This document shows positions 24,984 through 35,505 of a stretch of DNA of 64,000 nucleotides, in pieces; position 1 is the first letter of the stretch, and each line of letters begins with the position of its first letter. The translations under genes were made by a program, and so were the position numbers. The notes beneath the pieces were generated by a model. The model ran no database searches. It was not told where the DNA came from and saw nothing but the letters and a program-made list of their open reading frames with translations. The stretch covers positions 8,677 to 72,676 of the forward strand of contig JANXWX010000034.1 of NCBI GenBank assembly GCA_025350915.1, read 5' to 3'. This DNA comes from Nitrosomonadales bacterium. Lineage in GTDB: Bacteria; Pseudomonadota; Gammaproteobacteria; Burkholderiales; Gallionellaceae.

Positions 24984-25961
24984 CTATTGCCGGATTATAA
25001 CGGCCTCGTCAGGGATTGTTGGTTTTTTCTGTTCGATTTCCAGCAGGGTTTTTTGCATGACAGGCAACAGCGGCCCGCCGATTTCCAGCGCCCTGTAGAT
25101 ATTTTCCAGCGCGGCTTTATGTTTGCCCTGATCACTTTGGGTTTGGGCAAGATTGTTGAAAGCGGCCGCTGAAGTGGGATGATCCTGGGTGAGCTGCTGA
25201 AATATTTGTTCAGCCAATGCAAGCTTGCCCTGATTGTAGGCGTGATTACCAGCGGCAATAAATACCAGTAAGTCGTTAGGCCAGCGCTGCATGGCTGCTG
25301 TATATGCAGGCCATGTATCCGTTTTGGGGCTGGTGTATTCCAGTGCCGCTAAGCTCGGGATTAAATTCTCCGGTATCGCAGTCTGGGGAAGACGCTCGGG
25401 TGGCAGCGCCAGCATTGCCCAGTATTGACTGCGGGACCAGGTGTGCTCAAAGGTCGTAAATGGCATGACCAGTCGCTCATTTGAGCCGGAACGCAGGATC
25501 AACTCTTCCTGATTCAGGTCATAGCCGATAACAACTGCGTAATGCCATAGCGGGTACCAGCTCAAACCCAGGTTTTGCAGCACGATTACGGGATTGCCCG
25601 CAGCCACCTCTGTTAGCAAGTCCAGTAGCTCGGGACGCAGCACATACGCCAACAGCCCGTAATGCCGTGAGGTAGCCAGCATTTCCACCTGCAGGCTACC
25701 CTGTTTGTCGGGAAGATATAAAAATTCCTTGAGCTGTTCAGGAGTGGCATTGACCTTCTCCTTGTGCATCAACATGGCCAGCGATGCTGGACCACACTGG
25801 TACGCGTCCTGCGGAAAGTATTTAACTTCGCTCAGTTCTGTGCGTGCTGGCAAGCCAGCCGGCGCGGCGTTGCGCAAGGCTTTGGTTTGCGGCGTGCTGC
25901 ACGCGGCAAGCAGCAAAATGAAAACGCCCGCAACAAAGCGGGCGTAGTTGAAGTAATGCAT
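24984..25961 (-). CDS. PA2778-family cysteine peptidase (C39-like domain plus TPR), lipoprotein
   Basis: 325-aa ORF. Lipobox LLLAAC. The catalytic-Cys context is YQCGPASLAMLM, and later WHYAVVIGYD provides the His. C-terminal TPR-like repeats include AAAFNNLAQTQSDQGKHKAALENIYRALEI. Confidence 0.8.
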   Translation of the reverse strand: MHYFNYARFVAGVFILLLAACSTPQTKALRNAAPAGLPARTELSEVKYFPQDAYQCGPASLAMLMHKEKVNATPEQLKEFLYLPDKQGSLQVEMLATSRHYGLLAYVLRPELLDLLTEVAAGNPVIVLQNLGLSWYPLWHYAVVIGYDLNQEELILRSGSNERLVMPFTTFEHTWSRSQYWAMLALPPERLPQTAIPENLIPSLAALEYTSPKTDTWPAYTAAMQRWPNDLLVFIAAGNHAYNQGKLALAEQIFQQLTQDHPTSAAAFNNLAQTQSDQGKHKAALENIYRALEIGGPLLPVMQKTLLEIEQKKPTIPDEAVIIRQ

Positions 25962-25968
25962 TTGTGGC

Positions 25969-26364
25969 TTAGCGATGTCTTACAAAGGAGAAGACGTGGG
26001 TAAGTCCCAGGATATCAGTGATCAATAATATGATGAATATCAGCAGGAAGAAGCCCAAGATATCCACACCGCCTGCAGGCAGTGTATCGAGGTGTCCGTT
26101 GATGCTGGCGATTTCACTGTCGGTCATCATGTCTACACGGGATTTTGCAGCATCTGCGCTAATACCGCGTGCCTGCAACTGGGTTTGCACATCTGCACGG
26201 TCAAAAAATTCGCGTACGCGTTCACGGTTGTTTTGTGCCGTTTGAATATTGGCGATTTGTTCACTTGAGATCAATGTGGCCTGGGCAAAAGGTGTCCACA
26301 GGCTCATACACAGCACACTGAGCATTAAAGTGCGGCTGATAAATCTGGTCGTCGAATTTTCCAA
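25969..26364 (-). CDS. PA2779-family small protein, partner of the PA2778 peptidase
   Basis: 131-aa ORF immediately upstream of the peptidase gene. It has a signal peptide, the region RERVREFFDRADVQTQLQARGISADAAKSRVDMMTDSEI, and a C-terminal TM helix. Confidence 0.72.
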   Translation of the reverse strand: MENSTTRFISRTLMLSVLCMSLWTPFAQATLISSEQIANIQTAQNNRERVREFFDRADVQTQLQARGISADAAKSRVDMMTDSEIASINGHLDTLPAGGVDILGFFLLIFIILLITDILGLTHVFSFVRHR

Positions 26365-26547
26365 TTGTCATCTCCTCGAAATAAGTTTAATGCTACTGCT
26401 GTTTGATATAATTTTCAGAACTCTAACCAGAATAGCATGGATATGCAAGGGTGAGTAAGTCTGATTGTTTGCTTGGCAGGGGGCAAATTAAATACTGGCA
26501 ATACAGTGGCAGATTTGGTAAAAAATACAACAAACGGATTTAATACA

Positions 26548-26576
26548 TTGACAGCTTGGGGTAATCGCACTATAAA
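26548..26576 (+). promoter_or_regulatory. sigma70 promoter for the DUF3015 gene
   Basis: TTGACA (6/6) is followed by a 17-nt spacer (gcttggggtaatcgcac) and TATAAA (5/6). It lies about 90 nt upstream of the ATG at 26665. Confidence 0.55.
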
Positions 26577-26664
26577 ATCTCTACGTTGGCAAAATCCTCC
26601 AACAGTGTTTGTGTAAGGGTAAACCGCAACATTTTTAAATGTAACGTATTGCTTGGGGATAAAT

Positions 26665-27168
26665 ATGACTAAAATGAAATTAGTATTGACTGCCGCAGTT
26701 ATGATTGCAGTTCTTCCTATGGCTGCTATGGCCGCCGGTGAGAACAACGTGGGTTCATGCGGCTGGGGTTCTAAAGTGTTTGCAGGACAAAAGGGTCTTT
26801 TCCCTCAAATCGGCGCGACCTCAACGAACGGAACTTCCGGTAACCAGACCTTTGCGATTACTTCCGGTACCTCCGGTTGTACACAAGACGGCGCTGTATC
26901 TTCAAACTGGAAAACAGCAATGTACATCGATGGCAACAAATCCAAGCTGGCGCAGGACATGTCCAAAGGCAGCGGTGAGTCATTGGCTTCATTGGCGCAG
27001 TTGATCGGCGTTAAAGATGCTGACAAAGTGGCTTTCTATCGTGCAACTAAAGAAAACTTCGCTCAGATCTTTGTTTCCGAACAAGCTTCTGCAGATCAAA
27101 TTGCAGCAGGTCTGAAGCAAGTGTTGGCAGCTGATCGTACTTTGGCCCAATACACCGCAGCGATTTAA
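26665..27168 (+). CDS. DUF3015 domain secreted protein
   Basis: I place the start at ATG 26665 (MTKMKLVLTAAVMIAVLPMAAMA), with GGGGA upstream. GSCGWGSKVF...TSGNQTFAITSGTSGC matches the DUF3015 pattern. Confidence 0.8.
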   Translation: MTKMKLVLTAAVMIAVLPMAAMAAGENNVGSCGWGSKVFAGQKGLFPQIGATSTNGTSGNQTFAITSGTSGCTQDGAVSSNWKTAMYIDGNKSKLAQDMSKGSGESLASLAQLIGVKDADKVAFYRATKENFAQIFVSEQASADQIAAGLKQVLAADRTLAQYTAAI

Positions 27169-27184
27169 TGCATTTGTCACAATA

Positions 27185-27220
27185 AAAACACCCAGTGGTT
27201 CGCCACTGGGTGTTTTTTTA
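27185..27220 (+). terminator. rho-independent terminator after the DUF3015 gene
   Basis: ACACCCAGTGG-ttcg-CCACTGGGTGT forms an 11-bp stem with a tetraloop. TTTTTT follows. Confidence 0.75.
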
Positions 27221-27250
27221 TGGGTATTTTATCAAGCCTGGAGAGAGTGA

Positions 27251-29167
27251 ATGTTGTATCGAAAAGTGCTGGTTTTCTGTTTTGTATTACTGTCATACCC
27301 AGTGCTGGCACAAGATGACCTATATCTACGGCAGTTAATTCAAAAATCACGTGAAATGCACTTGGCAGAGCGTGTTGAGTGGCAAAATTTATTGCATATC
27401 AAGCCCTATGTATTGTGGCCCGGATCACGCAGTCTGGCGGATGATCCCGCATTTTTTAATGCCCCTGACGGCAAGTTCAATGCCCAGGCCGAACTCGAAG
27501 CCACGTTGAAAGCATTTTTTTCCACGCTTGAGGAAACAGACAAACAGCAAAACCCCCAATGCCGTTTTGTTGCGCGCTATCACTGGCTTGGCCAGCAATT
27601 GCAGTTTGACTCCTCGCGAATGAAGGTGCAGGAATGCAAACGTTTTAATGCCTGGGTCAAGGCGATCAACCCGCATGAAATTACCCTGGTATTTCCTTCA
27701 TCCTATTTGAACAGTCCCGCCTCGATGTACGGCCATACCTTGTTGCGTATCGATGCCAAAGATCAGGACGAGCGCACCCGGCTGCTTGCTTATACTGTCG
27801 GCTATGCAGCCAGCACCGATGAGACCAATGGATTGATTTTCGCCTACCAGGGCCTCACGGGAGGGTATCCGGGTGTGTTTCAGACGGCACCCTATTATCT
27901 TAAGGTGACTGAATACACCGATATGGAAAATCGCGATATTTGGGAGTATCGGCTTGACTTAACGGCAGATGAAATTCAGCGTCTGGTGATGCACATCTGG
28001 GAAATGGGCCCGACTTATTTTGACTACTATTTTCTGGATGAAAATTGTGCCTATGAAGTATTGTCGCTTCTGGATGTCGCCCGACCGAGCCTGAAATTGA
28101 CGGATGAGTTTCGCTGGTGGGCAATACCTTCCGATACCGTACGTGCGGTGACAGAAAACACTAATTTGTTAAAGCAGGCAATTTACCGCCCTTCAAATGC
28201 AACCGTCATTATGCAACGCTTGCGCAGTATGTCGCCCCCTTTGCGCTCGCTCTCCAGTGCGCTGAGCCTGGGAAAAATTCAACTCAATGATGCCAGTGTG
28301 AATGCATTAACCGTTGAGCAAAAGGCCCAGGTATTTGAGTTGAGTTATGACTACATCGCCTACTTGCGTGCCAGTAAAAGTGACTGGCCGGACGCGGGCA
28401 AACTTTCCAGGGATTTGTTGGTAGCCAGGAGTGCATTGAATACGCCCTCGGCGACACCTGCGATAGCGGTGCCGGAAGTACGCCCTGATCAGGGGCACAA
28501 ATCGTTGCGAGTAGGGTTGGGCAGCGGAAATAGTGATGGAGTTAATTATCAGGAGCTAACCATACGTCCGGCCTACCACGATCAGACTGATCCCGGTGCG
28601 GGCTATATACGCGGCGCAGAGATCCAGTTTTTTAATCTTGCATTGCGACATTATGAGAACGGCGACGCTGCGCGGGTCGAGGAGTTTGTGCCGATCGATA
28701 TTTTTTCGCTGTCACCGCGCAATGAATTTTTTCAGTCCTTGTCATGGAAGGTAAATGTCGGGTGGGCCAGAAAACACATGCCGGACGGCAGCGAGCCACT
28801 GGTGGCGAGATTGAACGGCGGCGCAGGCTATGCCTGGGATGCGCCATCACTGGATAGTCCCCATGCATTGACCTATGCTTTTATTGATGCGTCTCTGGAA
28901 ACTTCGAAAAAATTCGGCAGTGATTATGCATTTGGCATGGGGCCGTCTGTGGGCGTAGTTGGTGATGTGAACAGTAAATGGCGTGTGAATGCCTATGCAA
29001 GCGTGCAACGCTTTGCCTTGGGTGACCAGCATACCAAAGCAGATTTGATACTATTGCAGCGTTACTCAATCGGCCCTCAAACTGCCCTGCGTTTAGAGGT
29101 GGCAAGGAAGCTGGAGTTTGATCTAATATGGACGGATGCGCGGCTCTCTTTGCAGCAATATTTCTAA
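27251..29167 (+). CDS. DUF4105 (Lnb N-terminal periplasmic domain) protein with large C-terminal beta-rich region
   Basis: 638-aa ORF with a signal peptide. The hallmarks NSPASMYGHTLLRID and YYFLDENCAY of DUF4105 are present. Confidence 0.78.
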   Translation: MLYRKVLVFCFVLLSYPVLAQDDLYLRQLIQKSREMHLAERVEWQNLLHIKPYVLWPGSRSLADDPAFFNAPDGKFNAQAELEATLKAFFSTLEETDKQQNPQCRFVARYHWLGQQLQFDSSRMKVQECKRFNAWVKAINPHEITLVFPSSYLNSPASMYGHTLLRIDAKDQDERTRLLAYTVGYAASTDETNGLIFAYQGLTGGYPGVFQTAPYYLKVTEYTDMENRDIWEYRLDLTADEIQRLVMHIWEMGPTYFDYYFLDENCAYEVLSLLDVARPSLKLTDEFRWWAIPSDTVRAVTENTNLLKQAIYRPSNATVIMQRLRSMSPPLRSLSSALSLGKIQLNDASVNALTVEQKAQVFELSYDYIAYLRASKSDWPDAGKLSRDLLVARSALNTPSATPAIAVPEVRPDQGHKSLRVGLGSGNSDGVNYQELTIRPAYHDQTDPGAGYIRGAEIQFFNLALRHYENGDAARVEEFVPIDIFSLSPRNEFFQSLSWKVNVGWARKHMPDGSEPLVARLNGGAGYAWDAPSLDSPHALTYAFIDASLETSKKFGSDYAFGMGPSVGVVGDVNSKWRVNAYASVQRFALGDQHTKADLILLQRYSIGPQTALRLEVARKLEFDLIWTDARLSLQQYF

Positions 29168-29168
29168 C

Positions 29169-29999
29169 ATGCGTTCGCTATCAATCCTGATATTGACGGT
29201 ATTGCTTTCGGCTTGTACCGGTGTATTTTTCCAGCCGCAACAAGTTCAATATCTGACACCGGATAAAATCGGCCTCGTCTATGAAGATGTTTATTTCCAC
29301 AGCTCTGATGGGGTAAAGCTGCATGGCTGGTGGCTGCCAGCCAAGGGTCAGGCTAAAGGCACGGTTTTGTTTTTTCATGGCAATGCAGAAAATATCAGCA
29401 CGCACATCGGCAATGTGTATTGGCTGCCGGCACAGAATTACAATGTATTTTTGCCCGATTATCGCGGTTATGGAAATTCCGAGGGCGAACCGACGCTGGC
29501 AGGCGTGCAGGATGACCTGAACAGTGCGATGAAGTATTTGTTGCTGCGCAAGGATGTTGATACTGATCGCATTGTCATCCTGGCGCAAAGTCTGGGTGGT
29601 GCATTGGCCATATACAACGTGGCACATAGCCCTTACCGCGCAAAAATAAAAGCACTCATTTCTGAAAGTGCTTTTTCTGATTATCGAAACCTGGCCCGCG
29701 AAAAGCTGGCGTCATTCTGGCTTAGCTGGCCGCTGCAGTGGCCGTTGTCATTTTTAATCGACAACGACTATAGCCCATTGGATGCAGTGAGTCATATCAC
29801 CCCGATTCCCTTGTTGATTATTCATGGCAACAAAGACAATGTGGTTCCGCTCCCGCATGGGCAAATCCTGTTTGATGCTGCTGCACAGCCGAAGGAGATG
29901 TGGATCGTTCCCGAGGGCGGCCATATTGAGGCCTTAAAACATGAAAAATACCGAAAGCTGCTGATTGAATATCTTGATAGGGTATTACCCAAAAGTTAG
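29169..29999 (+). CDS. alpha/beta hydrolase lipoprotein
   Basis: I place the start at ATG 29169 (MRSLSILILTVLLSAC, lipobox), 1 nt after the upstream stop. LFFHGNAENI, the nucleophile elbow LAQSLGG, and IHGNKDNVVP plus GGH complete the triad. Confidence 0.8.
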   Translation: MRSLSILILTVLLSACTGVFFQPQQVQYLTPDKIGLVYEDVYFHSSDGVKLHGWWLPAKGQAKGTVLFFHGNAENISTHIGNVYWLPAQNYNVFLPDYRGYGNSEGEPTLAGVQDDLNSAMKYLLLRKDVDTDRIVILAQSLGGALAIYNVAHSPYRAKIKALISESAFSDYRNLAREKLASFWLSWPLQWPLSFLIDNDYSPLDAVSHITPIPLLIIHGNKDNVVPLPHGQILFDAAAQPKEMWIVPEGGHIEALKHEKYRKLLIEYLDRVLPKS

Positions 30000-30028
30000 T
30001 CGATGAAAAGCCAGGCAACTGAAAATTA

Positions 30029-30790
30029 TTAGGACGGTTGTTTTATTGTGGTGCAAACCGGACAATTCACATCACGCGACAATTTGATCGTGCGCAAGCC
30101 GCTATGCAGCGTATCAATCAGCAGCAGTTTCCCGCACAGTGACGTTCCTATTTCAAGCAAAAGCTTGAGCGCCTCCGCCGCCTGCAGGCTGCCGATAACA
30201 CCGACCAGTGGCGCGAACACGCCCATTTCGGCACAGCGCGTGTCTTCATGTTCGGTGTTTTCCGGATACAGGCAGTGGTAACACGGGCTGTGTTCCTGAC
30301 GAAAATCGAATACCGTGACTTGTCCGCCAAAGCGTATTGCAGCGCCTGATACCAGCGGCTTCTTCAGTTGTACGCAGACACGATTGAGCGCATAGCGGGT
30401 GTTGAAGTTGTCGCTGCAATCGAGCACGACATCGGCTTGTGCAACCAGCTCCAGCAGGCGGGCGGATTCCGCCCGTTCGTTCAAATTGTTGACCTCTACA
30501 TCGGGGTTGATATCAGCGATGGCAGCGCGTGCTGAGTCCACCTTGTTTTTGCCGATGCTGGTGGTGCGATGCAGGATCTGGCGCTGCAGATTGGTCAGGT
30601 CGACAGTGTCGTTATCGCAGATTGTCAGCGTACCCACGCCGCTTGCGGCAAGAAACAACGCGACAGGTGAGCCCAAACCGCCTGCCCCAATAATCAGCGC
30701 GTGTGCACCCCTGAGTTTCTCTTGCCCTTCTATGCCGATTTCCGGCAATAGAATATGCCGGCTATAACGAAGTAGCTGCTGGTCATTCAT
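30029..30790 (-). CDS. moeB: molybdopterin-synthase adenylyltransferase (HesA/MoeB/ThiF family)
   Basis: 253-aa ORF. RYSRHILLPEIGIEGQEKL, the nucleotide loop IIGAGGLGSP, DLTNLQRQILH, and CxxC pairs (CYHC, CPVC) are present. Confidence 0.87.
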   Translation of the reverse strand: MNDQQLLRYSRHILLPEIGIEGQEKLRGAHALIIGAGGLGSPVALFLAASGVGTLTICDNDTVDLTNLQRQILHRTTSIGKNKVDSARAAIADINPDVEVNNLNERAESARLLELVAQADVVLDCSDNFNTRYALNRVCVQLKKPLVSGAAIRFGGQVTVFDFRQEHSPCYHCLYPENTEHEDTRCAEMGVFAPLVGVIGSLQAAEALKLLLEIGTSLCGKLLLIDTLHSGLRTIKLSRDVNCPVCTTIKQPS

Positions 30791-30805
30791 GTTAATGTTT
30801 TAACG

Positions 30806-31210
30806 CTATTTGTATTCGCGCAGTTCTTTGGGCGTGTCATCATGGTCGCCATGCGGATGATTTTCGTAGAGCTTGGCAAAGACCACGGGTGTATTCGATT
30901 TGGTCAGATGTTCCGGGGTGTTCAGATTGTGATACTGCACTTCCTCACAATAGAAGATCAGTTGCTTGCTCAACTTGTTCAACAAATTTTCCTTAAAACA
31001 GAAACCGGCTTTTTTGAGCGCACTTTCCAGTCCCTCAAGTGAATAATCACGCAAGCTGTAGCTGATATGCAGGCGGTTTGGTTCGGCGGATTTTTCTACC
31101 CGCATTTTTTCCAGGCCACTCAGCAATGCAAAAGCACGTTCCAGCTGTCCTGCCGGCTCTTCGGCAAAAAACAAATCATGCTCTGTAAGGGGATCGTCAG
31201 CTCTGGCCAT
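30806..31210 (-). CDS. hypothetical protein
   Basis: 134-aa ORF packed between ctpA and moeB. It is acidic and His-rich at the C-terminus (HPHGDHDD). I recognise no family. Confidence 0.55.
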   Translation of the reverse strand: MARADDPLTEHDLFFAEEPAGQLERAFALLSGLEKMRVEKSAEPNRLHISYSLRDYSLEGLESALKKAGFCFKENLLNKLSKQLIFYCEEVQYHNLNTPEHLTKSNTPVVFAKLYENHPHGDHDDTPKELREYK

Positions 31211-31213
31211 GGA

Positions 31214-32632
31214 TTATTTTCCTTGCAGAATGTGCATTCCTTTCAGCAAATTGAGCGCCTGATTTAGCTGATAGTCATTTTTCGAACCAAATTCGGTAAT
31301 TTTTGGTTTGTCCGATTCATCATCTTTGTTTTCGCCATCTTTGTTTTTAGGAGCCGCTTTCGGTTTGACGTCAGCCTTTGCAGGTGACTCGGGTTCAACC
31401 TTTTTATTTCCGTTGGTCAGATGATGTTCCAGATCGGCTTCACGCAGGCGGAATGTATTTTCTAGTCCCGTTGTGGATGGGTCTTCAGCAATGATGTCCG
31501 GCACGATACCGGTTGCCTGAATGGAGCGGCCATTGGGTGTGAAATAACGTGCGGTCGTGAGTTTGATCGCGGTATTGTTGCCCAACGGCAAGATGGTTTG
31601 CACCGAGCCTTTGCCAAAGGATTGTGTGCCCATGATGACCGCGCGTTTGTGGTCTTGTAATGCACCCGAAACGATTTCGGAAGCCGATGCCGAACCGCCG
31701 TTAATCAATACGACCATGGGCACTGTCTTGAATGTGTCCGGCAGATTTTTCAGATAGTCGGATTGACCGGTACCGCGCAGGTAATCTGAAGAAGTTGCAT
31801 TCAGGCGCATTTTTGCATCCTCGGTACGTCCTTCTGTATAGACCACCAGCGCGTCTTTCGGCAGGAAGGCGGCAGAGACACCGACAGAGCCGGTAAGCAA
31901 ACCGCCCGGGTTGTTACGCAAATCGAGTACCAATCCCTGCAGTGTGCCTTTGCTTTCCTTGAGTAATTTCTCCAGCGCGGTAGCCATGTTCGGACCGGTA
32001 TGTTCCTGGAACTGGGTAATGCGCAAATAGGCATAGCCAGGTTCAACCAGTTTGGATTTTACGCTCTGAACCTTGATCACGGCGCGTGTAACAGTGATGA
32101 GCAAAGGCTTGGGATCCGGTTTTCTCAATATGGTCAGTACGATATTGCTGCCGGGCTTGCCGCGCATTTTTTTGACGGCATCGTTGAGTGAAATGCCCTT
32201 TACCAGGGTGTCATCCAGTTTGATAATCAAGTCGCCACTCTTGATCCCGGCATTGTAAGCGGGTGTATCTTCAATCGGCGAAATAACCTTTACCAGACCG
32301 TCTTCCATGCTCACTTCAATACCCAAGCCGCCGAATTCACCCTGGGTACCCACCTGCAATTCCTTGAAGCTTTCTGCGTCAAGATAGGCTGAATGCGGAT
32401 CAAGCCCGCTGAGCATGCCTGATATCGCTTCGGTAATTAATTTTTTATCGCTGACAGGTTCAACATAGTCGCTTTTGATGCGGCCAAAAACCTCGGCGAA
32501 GCTGTGTAGTTCCTCTATGGGCAGTGATGAGACACTATCTTTTTCAGCCACGGCAGCAAAGTGCATGCTGACCAGCACGCCAGCAATAAGTCCCAAACCT
32601 ATCAACCCAATTTTTTCAACACGACTGCGCAT
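31214..32632 (-). CDS. ctpA: carboxy-terminal processing peptidase, family S41
   Basis: 472-aa ORF. The PDZ region has GGLGIEV...GDLIIKLD. The catalytic region has LINGGSASASEIVSGALQD and GTQSFGKGSVQ. Confidence 0.92.
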   Translation of the reverse strand: MRSRVEKIGLIGLGLIAGVLVSMHFAAVAEKDSVSSLPIEELHSFAEVFGRIKSDYVEPVSDKKLITEAISGMLSGLDPHSAYLDAESFKELQVGTQGEFGGLGIEVSMEDGLVKVISPIEDTPAYNAGIKSGDLIIKLDDTLVKGISLNDAVKKMRGKPGSNIVLTILRKPDPKPLLITVTRAVIKVQSVKSKLVEPGYAYLRITQFQEHTGPNMATALEKLLKESKGTLQGLVLDLRNNPGGLLTGSVGVSAAFLPKDALVVYTEGRTEDAKMRLNATSSDYLRGTGQSDYLKNLPDTFKTVPMVVLINGGSASASEIVSGALQDHKRAVIMGTQSFGKGSVQTILPLGNNTAIKLTTARYFTPNGRSIQATGIVPDIIAEDPSTTGLENTFRLREADLEHHLTNGNKKVEPESPAKADVKPKAAPKNKDGENKDDESDKPKITEFGSKNDYQLNQALNLLKGMHILQGK

Positions 32633-32650
32633 ATTTGATAAACCTTTTAG

Positions 32651-33838
32651 TTACCTGATTTTAGAAAAGCGACCCTTGATCCATTTGGCGGGATCCAGCG
32701 GTTTTCCTTCATAACGAAGTTCAAAGTATAAACCGTAATTCTCATTTCCGCCGCTATTGCCGATCGCCGCAATGGCATCCCCCCCCTGCAACCCATCACC
32801 TACCTGTTTATACAGTGTTTCATTGTTGCCGTATAAGCTCATGTAACTCTGGCCATGGTCTATGATCAGCAGGTTGCCAAAGCCGCGCAGCCAGTCTGCA
32901 TAAATAACCCTGCCCGGGGCGACTGCGTAAACCATTTGGCTGGCTGCGGCCTTGATAAACAGACCTTTCCACAGAACAGGGCTATCGGGTCTTTTGCTGC
33001 CATATTTATTGCTGACTGTGCCTTTTACCGGCAGGGGGAGTTTTCCTTTGAGGGATAAGAAAGCGGTTCTGTGAATTGGTTCGGCAGACGGCTGCCTATT
33101 CTGGTTTGGCGCAGCTTTTACGGGTTCTGCAACAATCTGGGTCAGGTTTTCCAGTAATTTTGACAGGCGGTTTTCATCCCGTTGCAAACGACCAATTTCC
33201 TGGCTCTGATGCTTGAGCTGTAATGCAATTTTTTTGAGTACCAGTTGATGCGACTGTTTTTCTCTCAGTAGATTCTTTTTTTGCAATGCCTGTTCGGCTT
33301 GCATCGCTTCGAGTTCGAGATGTTTTTGTTGTGCCTGACTGGCGACAGCGCTTAATTTGGCAAGATTGTTGCGCATTTTATCGAGCCATGCGGCGCGGCT
33401 TCGCGCGATATACTCATAATATTGCAACTCGCGGGCAGCCTGGTTCGGATCCTGATTGTTCAGCAATAGCTTGAAGTATTCCTGTTTTCCGCCCAAGTAT
33501 TGCTGATTCAGCAATTGGCCCAGCAGCAATTGTTGTTCCTGCATCTCGCGGCTCACCTCGCTGGTCTGCTGCTTGAATTGACCAAGCACCTGATTTGCCT
33601 GGCGCTGCTGTTTGGATAGTTGATACAGGATGCGGTTGCTGTCGCTTATTGCGCGCTCTGACTCACGCAATGCATCTGCGGTTTCAGATTTACTATCGCT
33701 GGTTTTTTCCATCTCTTGCTGTAGCGATGAAATGCGCTGGCGCAATCTCTCCAGATCCTGCTTCTGGTCCGCATAAACAGTGTGTATGCATAGCCATCCG
33801 GCAACACCAAACAGAGCGATGCGGGCAAGTGATGTCAC
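32651..33838 (-). CDS. envC: murein hydrolase activator EnvC-like (coiled coil plus M23/LytM domain)
   Basis: 395-aa ORF. It has a signal peptide, a long Gln-rich coiled coil, and the C-terminal LytM region GNLLIIDHGQSYMSLYGNN...GNSGG...LYFELR. Confidence 0.87.
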   Translation of the reverse strand: MTSLARIALFGVAGWLCIHTVYADQKQDLERLRQRISSLQQEMEKTSDSKSETADALRESERAISDSNRILYQLSKQQRQANQVLGQFKQQTSEVSREMQEQQLLLGQLLNQQYLGGKQEYFKLLLNNQDPNQAARELQYYEYIARSRAAWLDKMRNNLAKLSAVASQAQQKHLELEAMQAEQALQKKNLLREKQSHQLVLKKIALQLKHQSQEIGRLQRDENRLSKLLENLTQIVAEPVKAAPNQNRQPSAEPIHRTAFLSLKGKLPLPVKGTVSNKYGSKRPDSPVLWKGLFIKAAASQMVYAVAPGRVIYADWLRGFGNLLIIDHGQSYMSLYGNNETLYKQVGDGLQGGDAIAAIGNSGGNENYGLYFELRYEGKPLDPAKWIKGRFSKIR

Positions 33839-35361
33839 TACAGATTGACAAGGGTCTTGCCGGTCATTTCCTGCGGCTGTGGCAAGCCCATTAATTTAAG
33901 CATGGTTGGGGCGATATCCTGCAGCGCGCCCGAAGCGGCCATTTTCGCCTTGCGGCCAATATAGATAAATGGCACCGGGTTCAATGTGTGTGCGGTATGT
34001 GCCTGATGTGTTGCGTGATCGATCATTTGCTCCGCATTGCCATGATCGGCAGTTATCAACACTTCGCCACCGCATTGCTGCATCGTGCTGACCACACGAC
34101 CCAGGCAGATATCGAGCGCTTCAATTGCCTTGATCGCCGCAGCCAGGTTGCCACTGTGGCCAACCATATCGCCGTTGGCATAGTTGCAGATAATGGACTG
34201 GTATTTACCGCTGCGTATAGCTTCTTCAAGTTTGTCGGTCACTTCGAATGCACTCATTTCCGGCTTGAGATCATAGGTCTTGACCTTGGGCGAGGGAACG
34301 AGGATGCGATCTTCACCTTCATAGGGCTGCTCTTTGCCACCATTGAGGAAGTAGGTGACGTGCGCGTATTTTTCTGTTTCGGCTATGCGTAATTGTTTCA
34401 GTCCCAGATTGGAAATGTATTCACCGAAACAATTGATGATCGCAGCGGGCTTGTAGGCGGTGGGCAGGTGAAAATCTTCACCGTAACTGCTGAGGGTGAT
34501 AAAACTGGCCAGCTTGGGAAATTTCCCGCGTTTGAAACCGTCAAAATCAGGCTCCGTCAGCGCTCGGGTTAATTCGCGTGCGCGATCAGCGCGGAAATTC
34601 ATGAATACGGCTACGTCACCATCCTGCATCACCACTTTTCCGCCGATCGAAGTGGCCTGTACAAACTCATCGTTTTCATCACGCGCATAAGCTTGATGCA
34701 AACCGTCCTGAGCAGTTGCTGCACTGAAAGGCGCTTTGCCCTGTGTGATCAGGTCATAGGCCAGTTGCACGCGCTCCCAGCGGTTATCCCGGTCCATTGC
34801 GAAAAAACGTCCAACGATGGAAGCAATACGGCCTCCGCCCAGCGCGGCGCATTTGTCCTGCATCTTCTTCAGGGATTGCCCGGCACTGCGTGGCGGCGTA
34901 TCGCGGCCATCGAGCATGGCATGCACATAGACTTTTTCCAGGCCGCTGCGAACGGCCATGTCCACCATGGCAAGAATGTGATCTTCATGGCTATGTACGC
35001 CTCCGGGTGAGAGCAGACCCATGATGTGGATAGCCGAGTTATTCTGTTTTGCCTGCGAAACGGCGCCGGCCAATGCGGGATTTTTATAGAACGACCCATC
35101 AAGGATATCTACCTCGACGCGTGTCAGTTCCATTTGTACGATACGACCGGCTCCGATGTTCAGATGACCCACTTCTGAATTACCCATCTGTGAGGTTGGC
35201 AGACCCACCGATTTTTCCGATGCATTGATCAGCGTGTGCGGAAAGTCTTTCCATAGACGATCATAATTCGGTTTGTGCGCAAGTGCAATTGCGTTGTTAT
35301 CAGGATCTTCGCGATACCCAAAACCGTCGAGGATGAGCAATAGGACAGGGGTGATTTTCAT
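33838..35361 (-). CDS. gpmI: 2,3-bisphosphoglycerate-independent phosphoglycerate mutase
   Basis: 507-aa [37 protein letters not shown] and ITADHGNAE are present. Confidence 0.95.
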   Translation of the reverse strand: MKITPVLLLILDGFGYREDPDNNAIALAHKPNYDRLWKDFPHTLINASEKSVGLPTSQMGNSEVGHLNIGAGRIVQMELTRVEVDILDGSFYKNPALAGAVSQAKQNNSAIHIMGLLSPGGVHSHEDHILAMVDMAVRSGLEKVYVHAMLDGRDTPPRSAGQSLKKMQDKCAALGGGRIASIVGRFFAMDRDNRWERVQLAYDLITQGKAPFSAATAQDGLHQAYARDENDEFVQATSIGGKVVMQDGDVAVFMNFRADRARELTRALTEPDFDGFKRGKFPKLASFITLSSYGEDFHLPTAYKPAAIINCFGEYISNLGLKQLRIAETEKYAHVTYFLNGGKEQPYEGEDRILVPSPKVKTYDLKPEMSAFEVTDKLEEAIRSGKYQSIICNYANGDMVGHSGNLAAAIKAIEALDICLGRVVSTMQQCGGEVLITADHGNAEQMIDHATHQAHTAHTLNPVPFIYIGRKAKMAASGALQDIAPTMLKLMGLPQPQEMTGKTLVNL

Positions 35362-35505
35362 GATGGTTATGCTTTCTTGCTGGCTTTTTTAGAGTAAAAG
35401 TATCAGAATACAATCGTTTGCTAATTAAGTTCTATTTTAGCTGATTTCAGATCGTCTTACGATGCCGCTTTATTATTTAGTTATGTTGAAAAGGTGTTAA
35501 CGGAA

